Source of the DNA: Gonapodya sp. JEL0774
Lineage: Eukaryota
NCBI GenBank assembly: GCA_027604505.1
Contig: JADIIX010000074.1
Span: 1 to 64,000, forward strand
Length of the DNA: 64,000 nucleotides
Reading direction: 5' to 3'
Part shown: one piece after another, positions 53,560 through 64,000 of the stretch
How positions within the stretch are numbered: the stretch's first letter is position 1
Layout: the number at the start of each line of letters is the position of its first letter
Translations under genes and position numbers: made by a program
The notes under the pieces: generated by a model
What the model saw: the letters and a program-made list of their open reading frames with translations, nothing else
Database searches by the model: none
Told to the model about the DNA's origin: nothing

Positions 53560-54060
53560 CGCGAGCATCTCTCGACAACGGAACAAAAAGAGACACAAGG
53601 TATTGTCACATTCACTCTTTCCCCTCAGATCAAAGCGTTGTCTCAACCATCTCTCTGTCCACTCGACATAATAGGTACCATTCCATTCGCTCTTTTTCCT
53701 CACGTCAAAGCCTTGTCTCAGCCATTTTCTCTCTCCGTCGACATAGAACCGTGCATCTACTCTGCTCGGTTGGTCTTAGCGCTCCATCTCTCGCCGACGG
53801 AACGTTGAAAGTCAGAAGGTACTGTTCCATTGCTCATCACGTAAACGCGTGTCTCAACCATTTTTCTCTCTACATCAACGTAGAACTGCGCATCAAACTC
53901 TGCTAGCCTGCTCTCTGCTCTGCCTCTCTCGACGACGGAACTGAAAAGACTTCAGGTACTATTCCTTTTAACTCTTCATCCTCACGGCGAGCCGTTGTCT
54001 CAACCTTGTTTTCTCTCCAGTCGACATAGACCCGCGCATCAAACTCTGCTAGTCTGGTTT
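53560..54060 (+). repeat. Degenerate tandem repeat of ~135-140 bp units (~3.5 copies), each resembling an intron plus a 72-nt exon
   Basis: Recurring blocks ctctcgxcxacggaac...aggta, tgtctcaxcc, tcgacatag, gcatcaaactctgct. Confidence 0.8.
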
Positions 54061-54080
54061 CAGCTACATCAAGCTCGATT

Positions 54081-54538
54081 ATGAAGATAGCTCAACTCAC
54101 CATCATCTGCGCCATCTTGGCGATCATCTCGCTGGCAGCTGAGGCGCACTGGACAAGCTTCACTTCCAACATCCAGACTCAGTGGGACTACGAGAGAATT
54201 GCGATGACCAGAACGACGATCCTGACACGGGTTTCTCGGCAAAGGCTGCATGTGTGTTCAGAACGGAAATAGAGGAGCAGGGACGGTTGAATGATATATC
54301 GGGAAGTTGTTGGATGGCTTGGAGATCCGGCGGCTCGGTGGCGTTGGCTTGTGACACGGCGGAGACTTGCATGGATCAATTCAATAATTTGCACTGGATA
54401 GTGGATAGCGCGTGGCAGAGTTGCTACGCGACGGATGGTTCGGCCCGAGAGTTTGTTTTGGAGCACCCTGACAGCAGATTGTGCACCAAGGTTTTCAATG
54501 GTTGCTCGGACTGCACTGCGTGGGGCAATGGATGCTAG
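54081..54538 (+). pseudogene. Small secreted Cys-rich protein gene interrupted by a frameshift
   Basis: Signal peptide MKIAQLTIICAILAIISLAAEA in one frame; Cys-rich body (9 Cys) in another; removing 2 nt from GAGAG at 54192-54196 joins them (QWDY-ENCDD). Confidence 0.6.
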
Positions 54539-55923
54539 ATGATGAGTCAATGTAGTAGTTGGGATAAAGTCGTCAGACAACGAGATACTTGAGATTTCAG
54601 TCTTTCTGTTTCTGCAGAAAGCGTGCCGGTTCAACTGCCACAGAGCGATTGAAATCGGTGAAATGGGTGAAATGCGGCAATCCAGGAGCTCATAATCCGG
54701 GCGACCTCGTACTGGTTAGTGAATCTATTCTCTGCAAGTTTTTGGTCAATGTCGACTTTCGAGTCGATTTCGATTTGCAATCTTCTCAGACAGATGCCTC
54801 TTTGTACGTCCAAGGAGCATGCTCCAATTCCAGTCAATCTGCACGTCATTGCGGTCGGAGAGACTCATTGCGGTTGGAGAGACTCATGGGTAATTCTTTG
54901 AGGAAGCATCTCGACCCTCACAAAATGAGCATCACCAAGCGGCAAGGGCCGACATCAACACCTGATGCCAGGTTCATTGAGCGTCTCTCGCTTATTTCTT
55001 GCATTAGTCCCAGTCGTTTATGGCATGGTTGGAATCACACCGTGCGGACAATTATTCACAGGGTGGGCTGTCATGTACCCATTCATTCCACTTTTAGGCT
55101 TCGCCTTGACATGTCTGGAGACAGAGACCTAGATTCTCATTCAAATTCGATTTGGTCCATAAATGAAATGCAAATCTCGCGATTGATTTTCTTGTGACGC
55201 ATTCATGGGACGTCAGCGCGTTGCGGTTGGCTGCCAGTAACAGAAGAGAGCCATCCGTGAGCAGTCTCCCAAAATAGTGACAGACTGACAATCAGACAAA
55301 GAGCTCTTGAGTTCTCCACAGAGTATTTCTCTCACCTGTGGTCTATTAGAAGCTTGCCCCTCCCTCGCTTCGCTCCATCAGACTCGCACCAAGAGTGAGC
55401 GAACGATGGCAGTTGGGCTGGAAACGGGCAGGAACTTGATATCTGAGGTTTCGAAGGTGTGTGCGCAAAAAGCGTGTGCTGAAACAGTTGATCGTTGTTG
55501 GAACCGAAGTGGTGCACAATTTTTGTGTAATAATAACAGCGGCCCTTGCGCTCACCCCACTCCAACCCTCCATTTTCTTAGTGATTCGAGCAGATGCCAA
55601 AGCGGGCAGAGTCGATCGAACGCTGAATCAATCCGAGCAAAGGAAAAGTACCAAGTGCAAAGTGGGTTCCATTCTTGCCTTTTTTCGCGCCCGCTCTCGG
55701 GCACAGGCTCATTTTGAACGTGACTCGGCCACCGTCCTCACTCGCATTCGGGAAACTATCATCCGAATCTTCTGATGTTTCAGGCATCGTTGAAATCGTC
55801 GTCACCGCCCGCGGACTTGTTTCTGCGTCTTTCTGTTTCGAACTTGCTCCCGACAAGGCTGGCGGACGTTCTTGCCCAAGAGCCCCCTGAAGACCGTACC
55901 CACTTTACCAAGGATCTCCAAAG

Positions 55924-58900
55924 ATGGCTTCATCGGCCGATGCGCGCAACAGCAATCCGCAGTCACAGCAGCCGCTGCACGGCCAGTCGGACTTCGCACG
56001 ATACTTGGACTCACTCCGTGTCAGTGACGAGCACTCGCAAATCGACGACGAGCGCAGTAATACAAACTATACTTTCGACAATGGGACTTTGGCGAATCCA
56101 TACCCAACAGACATTGACCACATCAACGACATTTCCTTCTCGTCTTCCTCACACACTCACTCCGCGGACCCTGCTTCCCAAAGACGCGACGTTTCTGATA
56201 CTTTCGAAGCCCATTTTTCTCAACATGATGCAGACTTGATTGCCAATACCTCGGCTTTGTCTCACGGCTCCTCCTTTAACGCATCATTCACAACCGCACC
56301 GTACCTCGACCCTCGCTCGCCCTTCACCGCTCCTACACTCCCGGGAACTTTTCGCTCCCCAGGCTCTGCTTACTCTCACTCCTCTCCGGCTCCTTACCAT
56401 CCGCCCCCTTCCTCCCGTCCCTCCAACCCCCACACAGTCACTTTTGCCTCTCCACCAGCCACCGACTCTCGCGGCCGAGACCACCCCGTCTCCCCATCAC
56501 CCAACGTGCTAGATAACTTTTCCTCAGTGGCCCCCGTACCTCGTCAGGCGCCTACGTCCTCCGCCTCATCGTCCTCCTCACAACTCCCACTCAACAGCCC
56601 GTCGGCATTCTCCAACCGCATTCGGGCCCTACACCCCGACGAATCATTCTCAGAAGATGATTCCTACGTCGCCGGGCGATCTGCTTCCTCCGCACCTGTA
56701 CCTGGGGGCATTCCTCCTGGAGGCTTTCCCTTCACGTCAACCCCTCCGGGCTCGTTGCCCAGCGGGGTACCGTCCTCCCTTGGTGGAGTCAGCAAGGCAG
56801 GTGGAGGAGGTGGAGGAGTTGACCGACAGAGGGAGGTGGATGGGACGGGTTTGAAGCAGAGGGAGAAGGTGGGTTGGTTTACCTGGTATGGGGGGGAGAC
56901 GGGCCGAGGGAGCGCAAGTGGCGGCGGAGAAATTTCACAGGAATGGATAGGTGTCACCGTTCGAATTGTGCGCGTGGGAATTTTTTCAAAGAATGGTCGC
57001 TAACTGATCAGGGATGTGTCAGATTTCTGCACTTTACAATGGTCGCCCTTCATTACCGAGGAACGGTCCACTCGCCATAAAGTAGAGCTCGAGGTATCAC
57101 GACCATAGATATCTGCCTACTGCTTGTGATTGGCGATCCCGATTTTAATGTCACCCTTTGTTCGCCCCCCACTTTTCCCCGCTTTTCCAGATGATGGACG
57201 ACCTTAAAAAGGAGAACTTCGGTCTCAAGCTCAAGATTTATTACTTGGAACAGCAGCTTGAGAGGGATTCTCCAGAGGGTGTGGGAGAGTTGGTGAAGGA
57301 GGTGGGTTAGCACTTCAATAAGTAGGGTCTGCACGGGTCAATCCGGTCGTGCCTTGAGACTGCAGTTTCAGTGTACCTCAGTGTACCAACGAAAGCAGAA
57401 GGATGAGCGGGACTTCCTCCGGATTAAGTTTCCCGAATTACAAACGACACACGAGTTGGAATTTCGTTGAGACTTTCCTTCCGCTGAGACATCGCAGTTG
57501 AATGCTGACGTTATTTATCCCCTGTGGATCCTTCATCATACAGAATCTTAACCTTAAAGCAGCCAACTCCACGCTGGAAGCGGAGCTCCGCACTCTCCGC
57601 ACGCAAATCACTCAACTCCGCCACGACCTGGACTCCCGTACTGCGCATTTGACCCATCTTGAATCACTATGCGCTAAATACGCCTCGGAGCACTCCAGTT
57701 CCCTTGCTGACCGTCAACACGCGGACAATTTGGCTGAACAACTCCGCAGGGATCATGAGCGCATCGCCGGGGAAGCGGAGAGGATTGCCAGGGCACTGAA
57801 AGAGAGGGACGGTGAATGTGATTTGTTGAAGCTTGAGATTGCAGAAATGAGAAGGAGATGTGCCGAATTGGAGGAAGCGAGCGGGAAGCCTCCAGGGATT
57901 GGGAGGATCGAGGACGCCCCAGAATTTCAAGGTATGGTCAAAGCAAGGTTGGATGCTTTGGCAAGAGCAGAGTCTGCTGAAAGAGCAGTTCAGGAGACTC
58001 AAAGGCGACTGGCCAACGAGATCGCAGAATTGCGTTCTCAAGCCGAACGAGCCAAACAAGAGAGTTTAGCGGCAAGGACTGAGGTTCTAGAGGCTAGAGA
58101 AGAGGCAAGGAGGGCGCGGGGAGTGGCTGAGGCGGCCAAAGAAGCGGAGAGGTCCGCGAGGGGTGAAGCTGAGAGGGAGAGGGAGAGAGCTCGGGAGGCG
58201 GATAGGGCAAGAGGCGATGCGGAGGCGAGAGCTGACTGGGGACGAGGCGAAGTAGGTGGGAGAGATGATGTAAGTTTTCGAGTCCCTGTTGGATGGAGCT
58301 TGGGACAAGTTGTTGAGCGGCAGCTTTTACCTTCCACGTGACTCCCCTCCTATCTCTCCGGCCACAGCAAATCGCAAAACTCCAGGCGACAACTGCAGCG
58401 CTCACTTCCTCTCTCCATACATCCGCTTCTCGCGCCGCCTCACTCGAGGAAGACCTTCGACGTATCCAAGAGGAGCGTGAGCGGTTGAAGAGAGAGGTGG
58501 AAGAGGCTCAGCAAAGGGCGAGACAGGCAGAGGGAGACCGGGACAGGGCGACAGCTGTTATAGGTGGGGAAAAGGAGGCAAGAGAAAGGGCGGAGCGGGA
58601 GAGGGACGTGGAAAAGAAGGCGAGGGAGGTTGTGGAGCAGGTCAGCCTGGTAGCCGTTGTTCGTGGAGGCTGATTTTCTGTGGTTGTAATGTCACTATTT
58701 TGTACACCCTCATCAGTCGCTGAAAACTCTCCAACAAACCCACACGACGACTCTCTCCACCGTCACTACCATGCAGACCCAGCTTAGCCAGCTTACCAAT
58801 GACCTTGCAACGACAACTTCACAATTCCAGCATGCCCAATCCCAGCTTTCTAGGCATGCGTCAATGGTTGACCGGTCCCAGCACGAGAGACTCGCCGCCC

Positions 58901-61900
58901 ACGAAGCAGAGCTGAACGCTCTTAGAGTCGAAATTGATAGAAAGGAGGTCCGGGTGGTAGAGACGGGCAGGGAGCTCGAGAGACTGAGAATGGAGTTGGA
59001 GGACGGGCTGAGGGAGAAGGAAGAATTGGTGGGCGAGTTGAACGTTGCAAGAAGAAGGTTGCAGGAAAAGGCTGCAGAGAATTCGTATGAGAGAGAGATG
59101 AAAGAGGTGCGTTGGGTGTGATGCAAGTCCACTGCAGTCATCGAACTGTTTCTGAAGCCAGTTGCAACAAATTGCTTTCCTCAGCAACTTACGGAGCTCA
59201 AATCCAAGTTGGACAACCAAAACTCAGCAGCGCGACGGCTTGAAGCCGAGAACAGAGACTTGCGATCGAAACTCGAGAGCGCCCGCAGGGACGACGCAGT
59301 CGCCCAAGCCCAAAGCTCCCAGGAACCCCACTCCAGATCTACTGAACCACCTCGAGCGACTAGGAAACAGGTGGTGGAGTCCGGTTCCGTGATTGGAAGT
59401 TTGGAAGAAATCGGTGCACGGAATGTGGAGGAAGACGAATTTGCTGGTCAGGAGGAGGACATGGGAGTGACTGGAAAGCCAAAGGCAAGGCGCGTGGAGC
59501 CGTTGTTGCGAGAGAAAAACTTGGAAGATGTAAGTGACGGAGTGTGGTTTCCCAATCAATTGCACCACGACTGATAGCTCGATCCTGTTCTCCCCTCAAT
59601 AGTATCTCGACTCCATCCAGGGTTCCGTCTCTAATCTTGAATCCTCGCAAAAGTATCGGGCCGAGGAAGCGCAGCAGCTCAAGAAGGAGATTGACGGATC
59701 CAGAGCCGCTACCCAATCGGCCCTCCGCAGCATCCAGGAGCACTACGGTGCTGATGTGCGGGGCTTGATTGCAGAATTGCGAGAAGCTGTCAAAGGGTCC
59801 AGAAATGAAGTGATTGAACTGAGCAAGAAGCTGGACAAGAGTCACGGAATGTGGCACGAGTCAGAGGTTAGGAGGAGAGAAGCGGAGGACGAGAGGGATA
59901 CAGCCAAGGAAAAGTGCGACAGACTTTTAGCAGAGTGGACTGCGAAGTGTGCTAGACTGTCTGGGAAGCTCGAAGCCGTTGAGGAGCAGCTGAGAACTAA
60001 GGAGTCGGAGAACCAGGCACTTCGGAACAAACTTGGGTCGATGTCAGCTCGCGGGTCCCTTCAGGGTGGTGGATCTTTACGAGGATCCAGCTCTGGGCGA
60101 AATCTTGCGGCAAGTGTCGATTCAGTCGGGACTCGGGGATTGGACTTCGACGACGACATACCGGACGGGATACCAGATGGGGAGAGCCACTTCAGCCGGA
60201 AGAGCGGCGGAAGCAAACAGGTATCAAAAGATAAATACGACAAGGACCTGGCGGAGTTGACAGGAGCGAATGCGAAGCTCCTGGGTAGACTGGAGGCTGC
60301 GGAGAAAGTGCTGAAAGGCAAAGAGGTTGAGAACCAGGCACTTGCAAAAGAAATTAGAGATTTGAAGGACGAAAGGAGAAAGGTGGAAGGATCGGTTAAA
60401 ACTGCCCAGGACGTAAGTCACATTTAGTTGAAGTCATATTTAGTGGAAGTCATACTTACACGAAGATCCACATTACTTCGTTTTATTACCTAGCAAATTG
60501 CCTCATACAAAAGTCAACTCGCGAAGTCCGACGTTAGCCTTCGACAGATGACCTTGGAGGCCACAAAGCTGCAGGAAGAACTCCGACGATTGCACACACA
60601 GATTCTGGAATCCGAGGCTAAATGGAAAGCTGAAAAGAAGGACATCGAAGAGCGAGAGTGGCTGCTGAGAGAAGAATTGAAGGACGAACTGCAAAAGGCT
60701 GGTAAAGACCGAGAAGCGGACAACAGTCGGATCATGGACGAGCTTCAGAAAGAGGTCGACAAATGGAGATCAAAAGTCAGGACCTTGGAGGAGGTGAGAT
60801 ACCCAGGTGCAGTTACATTCGTTTGGCTTCTGAGCACTTTGTAATTGGGCGTGCTCGTGTCTATATTAGCGTCTCGCGACCACGGAACGCCAGTTTTCAT
60901 CTATCTCGGAACAGTTAGAAGCTACCCGATCTGCGAAGTCTGTCGCTGAAGAGCATATCAGGACCGTGAACGCTCAGCTGGAAGACACGCACTCCTCTCG
61001 CTCCAAAGAGGTCGTAGGGCTTCGGGAAGAACTGTCCGCGGCTAAGAAACAAGTAGAGTCTCTTCGCGAGGAACGTCGACGAATGGAATACGAACGCGGC
61101 GAAAGGGACCGAACTATGCGTGACATGGAAGAAGCACTTAAACGACGAGCTGAGGAGAAGAAAAAATGGGAAGAAAGGTGGTCTGAGTCGGAGGCGGTCA
61201 GGGCGAAGGTTGAACGCGTACGTTTGTCCGCCCTTTCTGAGAGCCGTCTGCTATTGTGAAACTGATTTCTCCGACGGTCTGGAAACGCAATCATAGGAAC
61301 TTGGAGAGAAGGAAGTTTTGATGCGCAAACTTGATCAAGAGGTTATCGCTTTAGAGAATTCCATTGCCGAGCAGAAGGAAGTACGTGTTAAGTACAATAG
61401 TTTTTTTAATAGTTCCTTTGCTCTACTGACCGCGCTCTGTTTTGATAACTTCAGAACGCACTTGTTGTGGATGAATTTCGAACTAGAGTCAGCGAAAGGG
61501 ACTCCCTTTTGCTTCAACTGTACCACAAGCTGGATGCAATCCTAGCGATTGGTCGGAAGCACGACGATAAGAAGATTGTACGTCGGCCATTTGATTTCGA
61601 AATAGTTGGTCTCACTTATTGTTAACGTGACCACCCAACAGACCTCATCCGCCACTCCAATTGGTCCAGCGGATAACCTCCCACTATTCCGCGAACGACT
61701 TCTGACCCGCTTAAAATCCGTTGAAGTTGCTGTTGCGTCCTTCCAAGATAAAATCGAGGGAGTCCTGCGATTATGCCGCGATCGTTTACACAGCTTTGAG
61801 GCGCGATTGGATTCGAAGTGGAATACCCTGGAGCGGTACGAGGCTCTGGTACGGAAAGCAACCGATGCACAAAGAAGGCTTCAAGATCAGCTGTCCACTA

Positions 61901-62921
61901 AAAAGTTCGAACTAGAACAATCAAAGGTCTGCGTTGATAGTGAGATTACCAGAGCAAGATCAAGTTTTCACAATGTTCGTTGTTTATCTTCGATCAGGCC
62001 AGTCTGCAAGTCACGGAGGAGAAAGTGTTATCCTTACAGCAACAGCTGGATACGAGCGCAAAGCTTGCATCATCTAGTGGCAGCCAAGTCAAGATTCTGG
62101 AAGCCAGGCTTCGGGAAACTGAAACGCGACTTCGAGCAGAGCGTGACAGTCCAAAGATAGCCGACATGCAAGAGCGTCTTCGAGGCTCCGAAGAGCGATG
62201 TACTCAGTTGGAAAAAGCGGTGATGGACGCTGAAGACCGACTACGTATCGAGCGCCAAAGTGCCCGTGACCGCGTGGATGAGCTCGTCTCGACCGTGAGG
62301 AAGCACGAACGAACGATTGAGCTTCTCAACAATCGGGCCAGAGATGATAAAGAGCGCTTTTTACAGATGAAAAAGCTGCACGAGGAGGAAATGCAGCGAC
62401 TTCGAGCAGCTGAGGGCGCCGAGGAACTTCTGAGGGAGGCCAGTCGTAAGATGACTGACATGGAGCGTCAACTTGAAGATGGACGAAAGAGAGTGAAAGC
62501 ATTAGACAAAGATGTGGGTTTCTGAACGGTGTTTCGGGGAGCTGCAGACTTCTGCAACTGATGCATCCATCGAAAGTACCAATCTCTGTCGAAGGCTTAT
62601 GAAAGGGTCAAAGCGAAGCAGCAGCGACGTGAACAGCAGGTTGCTCGAGCTCTTCAGCGACTAGATGTAAGGGTCACCCTTTTTGCTATTTTGGACTTAT
62701 TTGTTGCTGTCAAATTCTTCGCTCACTTTCATGTATTCTTTCAACTGTGACAGGCTGTCAAGAATTCTTCTCGCGAGTTTTTGGTTGTTTCGGAGGCTGC
62801 GGAAGCTGCTCAGCGCATTTTTGCGGAGGACTTAGGTAGTGATAGTGACTCTGAGTTACGCAATTCTCGACCTCGAGGGGAGAAGAAAGGTGGAAAGGCT
62901 GCTGATTCTCTGCGAAAGTAG
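55924..62921 (+). CDS. Centrosomin-family gamma-tubulin complex receptor (Mto1/ApsB-like): CM1 + long coiled coil
   Basis: CM1 motif LKQREKMMDDLKKENFGLKLKIYYLEQQL..SPE, extensive coiled coil, C-terminal region resembling Mto1/ApsB (ERDSLLLQLYHKLD, NLPLFRERL, RLRIERQSARDRVDEL). Confidence 0.8.
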
Positions 62922-63306
62922 GCAGTTGAGGTGGGCCGGATCGGAATTCATGAACTTCTACCGGGAAATCTACTTGTATATTTGTACATAGTTTGTTATT
63001 CGGTTTTGATTGATAATGTATTTATTCGTTGGAGCAAGCATTGCGGAGAAACTGTCCAGCGGAGGACGGTGCAGCTGGATGGCTATTGCATCCACGAGAA
63101 CGTAGTGAATTTCTCGTGTTGCCCTCTTTAACGGCACACTTGTCTCTGCAATAGAAGCTAGCTGTTTGCATATCGGGAAAGATTTATGATTGCCTGCAAC
63201 AGGGCAGGACGGGTGGTTGGTTGGTCAGGGACTTCGGGGCCACAGCCGGTGTTCAAAAGGGCCTGCAGTATTGGGAACTGAGACACGAAGAAGAGATATC
63301 GAGAAA

Positions 63307-64000
63307 ATGACTCTGAAGTGGGGAGTGATTGCACCAGGAGGAATTGCTGAAGAAATCTTGCCATTCGTATGGTACAAGGGATCTGTGAATGTTCTTCGAG
63401 CGGTTGCATCCCGCAGTCTTGATCGGGCAAAGCTTTTCGCCACAAAGGCAACAGCCATTGGCGGATCCGTGGTGAATGCGTATGGCAGCTATGCGGAATT
63501 GATTGCTGATCCGGAAGTTCATGCAGTGTACATTGCGACACCGACTGGCAGTCGTAAGGATCTTGTATATCAATGTGCTTCCGCAGGAAAGCATGTGATC
63601 GCAGAAAAACCTCTATGTCGCACTTCGGCGGAGGTAGAAGATATGATTCGCTCTATCCGATCAAAGAACCTGAAGTTTTTGGACGCAACGCACTTTACGC
63701 ACCACCCTCGCACCCACGCTATCACGCGAATCCTCCACGATGTGGAGCTGTTCGGCGATGTTACGGATGTCACTTCGTCCTTTGTGGTTCACCTACCGGA
63801 GAGTCCAACACAGATTCGCTACAATGTTGAGCAAGAACCGCTCGGGGCACTCGGAGACCTGGGGTGGTACAATCTCAAGTTAACGCTGCTGGCCTTCAAT
63901 AATCTGCAACCAGAGTCTGTCATCACTTTCACGACACCAGCGTCCTCCACCAACCCCGCAATTATGAGGTAATGGCAATCTTCTTTACAGTTGAAGCAGG
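63307..64000 (+). CDS. Gfo/Idh/MocA family NAD(P)-dependent oxidoreductase (partial)
   Basis: LKWGVIAPGGIA, AVASRS, YGSYAELIADPEVHAVYIATP, GKHVIAEKP, HHPR, GALGDLGWY. Confidence 0.9.

Noticed and set aside
53560..54060. Repeat array as CRISPR
   Set aside because: Eukaryotic context, degenerate ~135-140-bp units with mutually similar spacers, no cas genes
54589..55900. ORFs of 130-200 aa upstream of the Mto1-like gene
   Set aside because: Mostly non-ATG starts, no motifs and no convincing splice chain
15427..62921. Flagellar gene cluster (CatSper-epsilon, RSPH1, cNMP protein, Mto1)
   Set aside because: Genes are scattered among housekeeping genes and no shared promoter motif was seen; compatible with chance
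1..64000. Many 60-230 aa antisense or alternate-frame ORFs
   Set aside because: They shadow real exons in ~50% GC sequence and show no motifs
1..64000. Selenocysteine or stop-codon readthrough
   Set aside because: The in-frame stops I examined in conserved genes fall inside plausible introns; no aligned TGA at a catalytic Cys was seen

Overview
Gene-dense, intron-rich eukaryotic DNA, inferred to come from a zoosporic (flagellated) fungus: short GT-AG introns, fungal-type Pho85, Mob2, Rsc1/2 and Mto1, plus the flagellar genes RSPH1 and CatSper-epsilon. About 20 spliced genes are supported, in order: ECD/SGT1 3' end, DHA2 MFS transporter, putative GT-like membrane protein, LIM-binding-domain protein, VPS41, macrodomain-aprataxin, CatSper-epsilon-like, RSC1/2, SNF2 helicase, DNMT2, PHO85, TPS-TPP, DNAJC11, RSPH1, MOB2, a tandem cNMP plus tandem alpha/beta-hydrolase protein, PPX1/Prune, a hypothetical protein, a frameshifted small secreted Cys-rich gene, Mto1/ApsB-like and a Gfo/Idh/MocA oxidoreductase. 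The most notable observations are: (1) two 2-nt microexons and one 7-nt microexon needed to keep conserved motifs in frame; (2) a predicted cyclic-nucleotide-regulated double-hydrolase fusion; (3) a plant-like macro-HIT aprataxin; (4) a CatSper auxiliary subunit in a fungus; (5) a tandem intron-exon repeat with a possible zero-length exon upstream of a secreted peptide gene; (6) G/C skew that flips at splice sites. All exon models were made by hand and family calls come from recalled motifs, not database searches.
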